Source: Mycolicibacterium smegmatis (lineage in GTDB: Bacteria; Actinomycetota; Actinomycetes; Mycobacteriales; Mycobacteriaceae). From it: a stretch of 32,000 nucleotides of DNA. Where the stretch lies: contig NZ_LN831039.1 of NCBI RefSeq assembly GCF_001457595.1, positions 3,960,001-3,992,000 on the forward strand. The letters run 5' to 3'. The notes beneath the pieces are model-generated. The model saw only the letters and a program-made list of their open reading frames with translations. It had not been told where the DNA came from and searched no databases. Below, piece after piece: positions 17,763 to 25,867 of the stretch (position 1 is the first letter of the stretch; the number at the start of each line of letters is the position of its first letter). Both the position numbers and the translations under genes were made by a program.

Positions 17763-19220
17763 ATGAGCGGGTCACCACGGGTCGCAATCATCGGATCAGG
17801 ATTCAGCGGTATTGCCGCGGCGATTGCGCTGCGCAACAAGGGCATCGAAGACTTCGTCATCTTCGAGAAGGCGCCCGCACTGGGCGGGACCTGGTGGTAC
17901 AACCGTTATCCGGGCGCTGAGGTGGACCTGGAGTCCCACATCTACTCGTTCTCGTTCGAGCGCTACGACTGGACGCGCACCCACGCCGGCTGGGCAGAAC
18001 TGCAGGAGTACCTGAACCACGTCGCGGACAAATGGGACCTGCCGCGCCGGATCCGGTTCAACGAGAAGGTCGTCGACGTCCGCTGGTCGGATGCCGACCA
18101 GACCTACACCATCAGGACCGAATCCGGTGACGATCACGGGCAGTTCACCGCGGTCATCAGCGCCGTCGGCTTCCTCAACATCCCGCTGATCCCGCCGTTC
18201 GCGCGCGAGCAGAACGACTTCGAGGGCGCGATCTGCCACACGTCACGGTGGATCGACGGACTGGACATGACCGGCAAGAAGATCGGCGTGCTGGGCACCG
18301 GATCATCGGCCGTGCAGGTGGTCACCGAGGCCGAACGCGTCGGCGCCGAGGTCAAGATCTTCCAGATCGAGCCCAACTGGATCCTGCCGAAGGACAGTCG
18401 CGACTTCAGCCCGCTGGAACGGCGCCTCAACCGTCTGGCACCGGTCTACGCATACCGGCGGCTCAAGCTGTACCTCGGCTACGACCTGCGCCAGGTCCGC
18501 TCCAGCCACGCCAGGAGTGACGGCCGCACCAACCAGCGCAAGCACAGGGCCGCGGTGGCGTACCTGCAGCGCGAACTCGGCGACCGGCCGGACCTGCTCG
18601 AGCTCGCCACACCGTCGTTCCCGTACGAGGGCAGACGGACCGTCGTCAGCGACACCTACTACCAGGCGCTGCGCAGCCCCAAGGTGACGCTGGTCCCCCA
18701 CGCCGTCAAGGGACTGTCCCGCACCGGCGCCATCGACGCCAACGGCGACGAACACGAACTCGACATCATCGTGCTGGCAACTGGTTTCGACGCCGCGAAC
18801 TACCTGGGCAACTACCAGGTGCACGGCCGAAACGGAGTGGAACTGCACGACGCGTGGCAGGGCGAACCCGAGGCATTCCTGGGCATGATGGTGCCGAAGT
18901 TCCCGAACTTCTTCATCATGTACGGGCCCAACACCAACTCGATCCCGCTGGTGTCGTTCTACGAGGCGCAGGCAGCCTTCGCCGCGAGCCTGATCGCGCG
19001 GGCCACCAAGACCCGCGCGGGCAGCATCGAGGTCCGCCGGTCGGCGTTCGTCCTGTACAACGACTGGATCCAGGCCGCGCTCGCGAAAACCGTGTGGGCG
19101 CAGGTGCAGAACTACTTCCAGGCCGGCACGGGCCGCGTCGTGTCGCAGTGGCCGTTCGGCGCGACGCCCTACATCCTGGCGACAAAGCTGCTGCGCCGCA
19201 TCGCCGTACGGCTGTCCTGA
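17763..19220 (+). CDS. Type I Baeyer-Villiger-like flavin monooxygenase
   Basis: GSGFSGIAAAIAL, GTWWYNRYPGAEVDLES, exact fingerprint FEGAICHTSRW (FxGxxxHxxxW), GTGSSAVQ. RBS AGGAG. Confidence 0.92.
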   Translation: MSGSPRVAIIGSGFSGIAAAIALRNKGIEDFVIFEKAPALGGTWWYNRYPGAEVDLESHIYSFSFERYDWTRTHAGWAELQEYLNHVADKWDLPRRIRFNEKVVDVRWSDADQTYTIRTESGDDHGQFTAVISAVGFLNIPLIPPFAREQNDFEGAICHTSRWIDGLDMTGKKIGVLGTGSSAVQVVTEAERVGAEVKIFQIEPNWILPKDSRDFSPLERRLNRLAPVYAYRRLKLYLGYDLRQVRSSHARSDGRTNQRKHRAAVAYLQRELGDRPDLLELATPSFPYEGRRTVVSDTYYQALRSPKVTLVPHAVKGLSRTGAIDANGDEHELDIIVLATGFDAANYLGNYQVHGRNGVELHDAWQGEPEAFLGMMVPKFPNFFIMYGPNTNSIPLVSFYEAQAAFAASLIARATKTRAGSIEVRRSAFVLYNDWIQAALAKTVWAQVQNYFQAGTGRVVSQWPFGATPYILATKLLRRIAVRLS

Positions 19221-19241
19221 CCCGCGGCGGGCTGGTGGAAG

Positions 19242-20369
19242 CTAGGGCCGCCAGCCCGTCGCATCCGCCCACTCCCACGCGCGACGATAGGCGTCGGAGA
19301 TGTCGGCACCCGGGTTGGCCCGCAACCAGTCGGTGAACAGCAACGCGTACTGCTGGTTGGGCCAACCCGCCACGCGCAGATGGACATTCGTGGGCCGCCC
19401 GGGATCGGCCGAGGCATGCAGCCTGCTGCGCCACAGCGCGGCGTCCTCGGTGTGGTCGAACTCCGCGACGGTGCTGCGCGCGTCGGACTCGACCGCGTCG
19501 ACACCGTCGGCGAGTGGCAGGTAGCCGACCGCGCGCAGGGCGTCGGCGAGTTCGTCGGCGATCTCCAGCGATTCCACCGTCACCTGCACGTCGATCACGT
19601 CGGGGGCATCCATGCCCGGCACGGCGGTGGGCCCGACGTGGTCGACGCGCACCACGCGATGTCCGCATGCGGTCTGCAGCCGCGCGACGATGCGGGCCGC
19701 CTGATCGGCCCACGTGTGGTCGAACGGCACCGGCTGCAACGGGGCAGCCACCGGTTCGCCGGCCTGGAGGTTACGTGCGAACGGCAGAATCCGGTTGAAC
19801 CACAATTGCTTTGCGCGTTGCACCAGATCGTCCTGGCTTCCGGTGTTTTCCAGCCACACATCGGCGACGGCGCGGCGCTCCTCGACCGTGGCCTGCGCGG
19901 CGATACGCGTCCTGGCGTCCTGCTCGCTGAAGCCGCGATAGGAGATCAGCCGCTGCACGCGCACCTCCTCGTCGGCGTGCACAATCACCACCAACGGGAA
20001 CAGCGGCGCCATCTTGGATTCGACGAGCAGCGGGATGTCCTCGACGATCACCGCGTCCGGCGGGGCCGACGCGATGAGCTCGGCGCGGCGTTCGGCGACC
20101 AGCGGGTGCACGATGCCGTTGAGTGTCGCACGCTTCTCGTCGTCAGGGAACGCGATCGCCGCCAGCGCGGGCCGGTTCAGCGCGCCGTCGGGAAGCAGGA
20201 TCTCCTCGCCGAACGCCTCGACGAGGCGGGCGAGGCCCACGGTGCCCGGTTCGACGACCTCGCGGGCGATGACGTCTCCGTCGACGACGATGCCGCCGCA
20301 CTCGGCGAAGGTTGCCGACACGGTTGATTTACCGGCACCGATGCCGCCGGACAGTCCGATACGCAACAT
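19242..20369 (-). CDS. coaE: Dephospho-CoA kinase with C-terminal GrpB/UPF0157 domain
   Basis: MLRIGLSGGIGAGKSTVSATFAECGGIVVDGDVIAREVV, followed by a GrpB-like domain (VRVDHVGPTAVPGMDAPDVIDVQVTV). Start ATG 20369. Confidence 0.95.
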   Translation of the reverse strand: MLRIGLSGGIGAGKSTVSATFAECGGIVVDGDVIAREVVEPGTVGLARLVEAFGEEILLPDGALNRPALAAIAFPDDEKRATLNGIVHPLVAERRAELIASAPPDAVIVEDIPLLVESKMAPLFPLVVIVHADEEVRVQRLISYRGFSEQDARTRIAAQATVEERRAVADVWLENTGSQDDLVQRAKQLWFNRILPFARNLQAGEPVAAPLQPVPFDHTWADQAARIVARLQTACGHRVVRVDHVGPTAVPGMDAPDVIDVQVTVESLEIADELADALRAVGYLPLADGVDAVESDARSTVAEFDHTEDAALWRSRLHASADPGRPTNVHLRVAGWPNQQYALLFTDWLRANPGADISDAYRRAWEWADATGWRP

Positions 20370-20410
20370 GTGAGCGCTCCTCGACCACAGCTGGGGGTGA
20401 CAGAAGGTGG

Positions 20411-20455
20411 AAAAAGAAACCACGCAGGAAGTCTGTTGACTTCCTGCGTGGTTTC
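20411..20455 (-). terminator. Intrinsic terminator downstream of rpsA
   Basis: Perfect 18-bp stem GAAACCACGCAGGAAGTC (20416-20433) / GACTTCCTGCGTGGTTTC (20438-20455), loop TGTT, followed by TTTTT on the - strand. Confidence 0.88.
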
Positions 20456-20478
20456 AAACGACGTGACCTGCCGGGTGG

Positions 20479-21918
20479 CTAGGCGTTGCCGGCGAGCTTC
20501 TCCCGCAGAGCGGCGAGCTGCGCGTCGCTGGCCAGGGTGCCACCGGAGGACTCCTCCGAGCGCGACGAGCCGTTGGACACCGGTGCGTTGGCCGCCTCGG
20601 CCTCGGCAGCGGCGAACTTCTCCATCTGCGCGGTGTGCATCTTGTGGCGACGCTCGGCCTCGGCGTAGCGGGCCTCCCACTCCTCACGCTGCTTGTCGAA
20701 GCCCTCGAGCCATTCGTTGGTCTCGGGATCGAAGCCCTCGGGGAAGATGTAGTTGCCCTGCTCGTCGTAGCTGTCGGCCATGCCGTACTTCGACGGGTCG
20801 AACTCCTCGGTGTAGTCCTCGTTGGCCTGCTTGAGGCTCAGCGAGATCCGGCGACGCTCCAGGTCGATGTCGATGACCTTGACCATCGCGTCGTCGCCGA
20901 CCTGGACCACCTGGTCCGGGACCTCGACGTGGCGCTCGGACAGCTCCGAGATGTGCACCAGGCCCTCGATGCCCTCCTCGACGCGGACGAACGCACCGAA
21001 CGGCACCAGCTTGGTGACCTTGCCCGGGACGATCTGGCCGATCGCGTGGGTGCGGGCGAAGTGGCGCCACGGATCTTCCTGGGTCGCCTTGAGCGACAGC
21101 GAGACCCGCTCGCGGTCCATGTCGACGTCGAGCACCTCGACGGTGACCTCGTCGCCCACCTGGACAACCTCGGACGGGTGGTCGATGTGCTTCCAGGACA
21201 GCTCGGAGACGTGCACCAGGCCGTCGACGCCGCCGAGATCGACGAAGGCGCCGAAGTTGACGATCGAGGACACGACACCCTTGCGGATGGCGCCCTTCTG
21301 CAGCTGGTTGAGGAACTCGCTGCGCACCTCGGACTGGGTCTGCTCCAGCCAGGCGCGGCGCGAGAGCACCACGTTGTTGCGGTTCTTGTCGAGCTCGATG
21401 ATCTTGGCCTCGATCTCCTTGCCGATGTACGGCTGCAGATCGCGGACGCGACGCATCTCGACCAGCGACGCAGGCAGGAAGCCGCGCAGGCCGATGTCGA
21501 GGATCAGGCCGCCCTTGACGACCTCGATGACGGTGCCCTTGACGGCCTCGTCCTTCTCCTTGAGCTCTTCGATGGTGCCCCAGGCACGCTCGTACTGAGC
21601 GCGCTTCTTGGACAGGATCAGTCGGCCTTCCTTGTCCTCCTTGGTGAGGACCAGAGCTTCGACCTCGTCGCCGACGGACACAACCTCGTTGGGGTCGACG
21701 TCGTGCTTGATGGAGAGCTCACGGGAAGGAATGACGCCTTCGGTCTTGTAACCGATGTCGAGCAGAACCTCGTCGCGGTCGACCTTGACGATGGTCCCTT
21801 CCACGATGTCGCCATCGTTGAAGTATTTGATGGTCTTGTCGATGGCGGCGAGAAAGTCCTCAGCCGAGCCGATGTCGTTGACGGCTACTTGCGGCGAGGT
21901 GACGGAGGGACTTGGCAT
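20479..21918 (-). CDS. rpsA: 30S ribosomal protein S1
   Basis: Repeated S1 RNA-binding domains (GDIVEGTIVKVDRDEVLLDIGYKTEGVIPSREL, GAFVDLGGVDGLVHVSELSWKHIDHP, GAFVRVEEGIEGLVHISEL). Confidence 0.98.
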   Translation of the reverse strand: MPSPSVTSPQVAVNDIGSAEDFLAAIDKTIKYFNDGDIVEGTIVKVDRDEVLLDIGYKTEGVIPSRELSIKHDVDPNEVVSVGDEVEALVLTKEDKEGRLILSKKRAQYERAWGTIEELKEKDEAVKGTVIEVVKGGLILDIGLRGFLPASLVEMRRVRDLQPYIGKEIEAKIIELDKNRNNVVLSRRAWLEQTQSEVRSEFLNQLQKGAIRKGVVSSIVNFGAFVDLGGVDGLVHVSELSWKHIDHPSEVVQVGDEVTVEVLDVDMDRERVSLSLKATQEDPWRHFARTHAIGQIVPGKVTKLVPFGAFVRVEEGIEGLVHISELSERHVEVPDQVVQVGDDAMVKVIDIDLERRRISLSLKQANEDYTEEFDPSKYGMADSYDEQGNYIFPEGFDPETNEWLEGFDKQREEWEARYAEAERRHKMHTAQMEKFAAAEAEAANAPVSNGSSRSEESSGGTLASDAQLAALREKLAGNA

Positions 21919-22123
21919 GTGGTGGGTTGCTCCGGACAGGTGTAATCGTAGGGACAGTTCTTTTGTTGATCGTGCTCATTTCGGGCGGCGAATCTCTCGG
22001 CGTCGAAATGATGTATGCCGTGCTGGTCGTACACACGGGTACTCCCAGAGCCTACTCGACCGAGCACACGCAGGACAAACTCGCCCACCCCGGGTGGGTT
22101 CTCCCGCTCGTCAGAGACCCTTC

Positions 22124-22705
22124 TCACACCGGGCCTGTGCGTGCGAACGCACAGATCGCACGTGCGACGCGATCCAGATATTCCGACGTCACAGGCCGAA
22201 ACAGTGCGATCAGACGCCAGAAGACCAGCGCGCCCATCGCGTCGACCAGCAGTTCGGAGTCGGCACCGGGGGCAAGCTCTCCGCGAGTGGCGGCGCGATC
22301 GAGAATATCGCGCGCACGCGCCCGGCGCGGCGTACCGACGGTGTCCATCAGTGCCTCGGCCAGCACCGGGTTGCGCTGGGCCTCGGCCAGCAGATCCGGG
22401 TACAGCCGGCGCATGCGTTCGTCGCCGATCCACCGGTTGACGTCCGCCAGGAGCGCCAGGACGTCACCGTACAACGATCCGGTGTCCGGCGCCGCGCCCT
22501 CGGGCAGCGCCAGGGTGCGCATCGCGGCCGCGGTCATCTCGATCTTCGACGGCCAGCGACGGTAGATCGCACCCTTGCCCGCACCGGCTCGTTTGGCCAC
22601 GCCGTCGACGGTCATGGACCCGAACCCGTGTTCGGCCAGTTCCGAGAGCGCGGCATCGAGGATCGCCGCGGTGACCCTGGCCTCTTGCGGCCGTCCGGCC
22701 GTCAC
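22124..22705 (-). CDS. TetR-family transcriptional regulator
   Basis: TAAILDAALSELAEHGFGSMTVDGVAKRAGAGKGAIYRRWPSKIEMTAAAM. GTG start 22705 overlaps the stop of the upstream mini-ORF (GTGA); the track start at 23038 is spurious. Confidence 0.88.
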   Translation of the reverse strand: MTAGRPQEARVTAAILDAALSELAEHGFGSMTVDGVAKRAGAGKGAIYRRWPSKIEMTAAAMRTLALPEGAAPDTGSLYGDVLALLADVNRWIGDERMRRLYPDLLAEAQRNPVLAEALMDTVGTPRRARARDILDRAATRGELAPGADSELLVDAMGALVFWRLIALFRPVTSEYLDRVARAICAFARTGPV

Positions 22706-22863
22706 GGGCGCCTGGCGGTGTGCGACCGCACGAAGTCGGCGAACGACCGGGGTGCGGTGCCGGTCAGCCGTTCGACGGTGTCGGTGACCGTCGATTCCAG
22801 GCCGGCGCGGATCCGGTCGTCGAGCGCGGCGAGCACCAGGACGGTCGTCGCGGGGGCGGTCAT
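22702..22863 (-). pseudogene. Internally deleted NmrA-like NAD(P)-binding protein remnant (53 codons)
   Basis: MTAPATTVLVLAALDDRIRAGLESTVTDTVERLTGTAPRSFADFVRSHTARRP*: a start-like beta-strand joined to an NmrA-type C-terminal tail. Confidence 0.6.
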
Positions 22864-23318
22864 TGCCCGTTACCCGAGAACGCGCTGGCGAGGGCCTCCA
22901 CGCCGCCCGTTGCGCCGGCGATCGCGTGCGGGTTCCAGTAGTCACGGAAGGACTCGATGCCCTCGTCGCCGACCGTGATGACGACGACGTAGTCGATGTC
23001 GTACGGCTTTCCGGTCGCGCGCACGATGCCCGTGACACCCCACTCGAGCACGACCGTGCCGGGATCGGCTGTGTCGTGGCGGGTCTGGTGGCGGATACCC
23101 CGGATCTCGACGCTGCCGGACAACCCGCTCAGGTAGGTGCGCACCTCGTCGCGCCCCTTCGGTGACGGCCATCCGGGCGGTGCGAACGGGAACGTCGCGG
23201 TGCCGTGCGGCGCCCATTCGTCGGCGAAGGCGTTCATATCGCCTGCGAGCAGCGCCTGCTGCAGGCGATCGATGGTGCGGTGCGTGCGGGTGCGGGCCTC
23301 ATCGGGCTCATGGGTCAC
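22860..23318 (-). CDS. SnoaL-like / nuclear transport factor 2-like fold protein
   Basis: RLQQALLAGDMNAFADEWAPHGTATFPFAPPGWP...VEIRGIRHQTRHDTADPGTVVLEW...ESFRDYWNPHA. ATGA overlap with the downstream remnant. Confidence 0.8.
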   Translation of the reverse strand: MTHEPDEARTRTHRTIDRLQQALLAGDMNAFADEWAPHGTATFPFAPPGWPSPKGRDEVRTYLSGLSGSVEIRGIRHQTRHDTADPGTVVLEWGVTGIVRATGKPYDIDYVVVITVGDEGIESFRDYWNPHAIAGATGGVEALASAFSGNGQ

Positions 23319-23457
23319 GGCCGCCTCCGAATTCCGGAACGAGTTGGTTCCATTATTGCTGTGGGCAGAACAACCTCGGTGATCGCGGAGATATTTCTGC
23401 GGGCGCGCCCGCGAAGTGCCGCGCCCGATCGGCGCTGGTCACCGCTAGTCTGCGGGA

Positions 23458-24633
23458 GTGGCGAACACCCCGATGCCCCATCCGGCCCCGTCGCCGTGGT
23501 TCCACCCGCCCGCACCGCTGCCCCGTCCGGTCCGCGCGGTCGGTGCGCCGCTGGCGGTGGTCGTCAGTCTCGGCGTGCTCACGTGTTGCCTGGTGCTGCT
23601 GTTCACCGCACTCAACCCGGTCGGCGCGATCATCGGCCTCGTCCTGTCGAGCATCGCGATGGCCGGGGTGATCCTGGCGTATCTGTGGCTGGACCGATTC
23701 GAGCCCGAACCGCCGCGTCTGCTGCTGTTCGCGTTCGGCTGGGGCGCCTCGGTGGCCGTGGTGCTGTCGGTGATCCTGAGCCTGCTCGGCGACGCGCTGT
23801 TCCCGCCGAACCCCATGCTGCCGGAAGGTTTCGGGTCGACCGCGATCCGCGCGCCGATCATCGAGGAGGCCGCCAAGGGCCTGTTCCTGCTGATCATGAT
23901 GACCGGCAGGCGGCGCAACGAACTCAACTCGCTCACCGACTGCCTGGTGTACGCGGGCATGGTCGGCGTGGGCTTCGCGTGGCTCGAGGACATCATGTAC
24001 ATCTCCAGCGCCGACTCGGTGGCCGGATCTCTCGTGACCGCGGCCATGCGCCTGGTCATGGCGCCGTTCGCGCACTCGCTGTTCACCACCATGACCGCGA
24101 TAGGCGTGTTCTACGCGCTGCACCGGCGCAGCGGCGCGGCCAAAGCCCTGTGCATCCTGCTGGGCTATCTCGCCGCGGTGCTCATGCACGGCCTGTGGAA
24201 CGGCTCGTCGCTGCTGGGCCTCGACACCTACTTCGTCGTGTACGTGGTGTGGATGGTGCCGATCTTCGCGCTGACCATCGTGCTGGCCGTCCACAGCCGC
24301 CGCCGCGAGCAACGCATCGTCGCCGCCAAGCTCCCCGGCATGGTGGACGCCAACCTCATCACCCCCAACGAGGCCACGTGGCTGGGCTCGCTGCGCACCC
24401 GTCGCGACGCCATCACCGTCGCGACCCGCGCAGGCGGCCGGCCCGCGGGCCGATCGGTCGCCGAGTTCGCCTCAGCCGTCGTCGAACTCGCGTTCGTCCG
24501 CGACCGCATCGACCGGGGCTTCGGCGACCAGCGCGTGTACGCGCTGCTGCAGGAGGAGGTGAACGCCGTCGCGCACGCCCGCGGGGCCGCACCGATTCTC
24601 GGCTGGCTCGCGCACTACCGCGCCGCGCGCTGA
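23458..24633 (+). CDS. PrsW-family intramembrane metalloprotease
   Basis: APIIEEAAKGLF (EExxK), GMVGVGFAWLEDIMYI, APFAHSLFTTMTAIG, MHGLWNGSS. Multi-TM. Confidence 0.88.
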   Translation: MANTPMPHPAPSPWFHPPAPLPRPVRAVGAPLAVVVSLGVLTCCLVLLFTALNPVGAIIGLVLSSIAMAGVILAYLWLDRFEPEPPRLLLFAFGWGASVAVVLSVILSLLGDALFPPNPMLPEGFGSTAIRAPIIEEAAKGLFLLIMMTGRRRNELNSLTDCLVYAGMVGVGFAWLEDIMYISSADSVAGSLVTAAMRLVMAPFAHSLFTTMTAIGVFYALHRRSGAAKALCILLGYLAAVLMHGLWNGSSLLGLDTYFVVYVVWMVPIFALTIVLAVHSRRREQRIVAAKLPGMVDANLITPNEATWLGSLRTRRDAITVATRAGGRPAGRSVAEFASAVVELAFVRDRIDRGFGDQRVYALLQEEVNAVAHARGAAPILGWLAHYRAAR

Positions 24634-25856
24634 GGCGCCGTGGACCGCCGCAACCGCAACAGTTGCCACAACACCAGCCCCGCCTGAAGACCCAGCGCCA
24701 CCGAGATCATCGAGATCACCGTCGCGGGAAACGCCGAGTCGCCGTCGGCACCGAAGAGTTCCGTCACGCCGATCAACCCCATCGAGCCGGGCACCAGCAG
24801 CCAGAACCCCGGCAGGATCAAGGTGATGGTGGGTGGCGCGCCGCGACGCCGCGAGATCGCGAGTGCCGACACCGTCAGCACCAGCCCTCCGCAGAAACCG
24901 CTCGCGTAGCTTCCCAGCACCGTGCCGCCCAGATACTGGGCCGCAAACGCCGTGTAGCAGATCACCACGAGCCAGGGCAGAAACGACAACGGCGGGGCGA
25001 GGAACAGCAGCACCCCGATCGCGTAGACCAGCACACCCAACCAGGGTGCCCACGGGCCGATCTTGTTGACCGCGTCGGTGCTCAGTGAGGACCCGTCGAC
25101 GCCGAGGAACTGCGTGGCGATGAGGATCCCGAACGCCAACTGCGCGATCTGGACGAACCCGGCGATCAGCCGGCTGGTTCCCGAGATGACGTCGCGCGCG
25201 GTCAACTCGACGACCGCCAGCGTGATCGCCGCGCCGGGAAGGAACATCGCCAATGGCGGGATCAAGGCCCGCAGGTTCACGTGATCCATGCCGAGGCGGT
25301 GTGCACCCAGAAGGCAGATGGCCGTCACCGTGAACGCACTCACCGCGGGCAGCAGATGCTGCAGCATCCCGGCGCGCTGCACCACGACGTGGAACAAGCC
25401 GACCAGGAAACCCAGCACCGTCGCGACGAGCAGATTCAGCGCCGTCGGCTCCAGCACCAGCGCCAGGCCGGCACTCTGCACGCCGTAGCCCACGACGGCG
25501 ACCCAGCCGGGAAACCGGTCGGGCATTTCCAGCACGCGATCGAGTTGCGCCTCACCGTCATCCGGGCGCACCGCGCCGCGCATGGCGTCCCGAACCAGAC
25601 GCGCGAGCGGGAACATCTGCGCGAACCGGAGCTCGTGGTCGAGGTGGGCGGCCTCGACGATGGTTCCGTGTGCACCGGTCGGCCCGACGACCTGCACGTA
25701 ATTGGGCAGGGCGATGAAATCGTTGCGCACCCCGTAGGCCGACGACGCGCGGTCGAGCATCTGCCGGATCAGGCTCACCGGGTAGTGCGCGGCGCCCATG
25801 GCGGCGCCCAGTCGAGTGATGAACCGGATCTGTTGTGCAGCAATCGGCTCGGTCAT
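24615..25856 (-). CDS. Threonine/serine exporter (ThrE)-family membrane protein
   Basis: N-terminal ThrE domain (RLGAAMGAAHYPVSLIRQMLDRASSAYGV...) and 10-TM-like C-terminus (LILPGFWLLVPGSMGLIGVTEL). Confidence 0.85.
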   Translation of the reverse strand: MTEPIAAQQIRFITRLGAAMGAAHYPVSLIRQMLDRASSAYGVRNDFIALPNYVQVVGPTGAHGTIVEAAHLDHELRFAQMFPLARLVRDAMRGAVRPDDGEAQLDRVLEMPDRFPGWVAVVGYGVQSAGLALVLEPTALNLLVATVLGFLVGLFHVVVQRAGMLQHLLPAVSAFTVTAICLLGAHRLGMDHVNLRALIPPLAMFLPGAAITLAVVELTARDVISGTSRLIAGFVQIAQLAFGILIATQFLGVDGSSLSTDAVNKIGPWAPWLGVLVYAIGVLLFLAPPLSFLPWLVVICYTAFAAQYLGGTVLGSYASGFCGGLVLTVSALAISRRRGAPPTITLILPGFWLLVPGSMGLIGVTELFGADGDSAFPATVISMISVALGLQAGLVLWQLLRLRRSTAPQRAAR

Positions 25857-25867
25857 GGCAATCGGCG

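Noticed and set aside
19242-20369. CoaE with C-terminal GrpB/UPF0157 domain as a novel fusion
   Set aside because: This fusion is already known in mycobacterial CoaE.
23205-25088. 627-aa + strand ORF
   Set aside because: Shadow frame over the PrsW and ThrE-like genes, with no recognisable domain.
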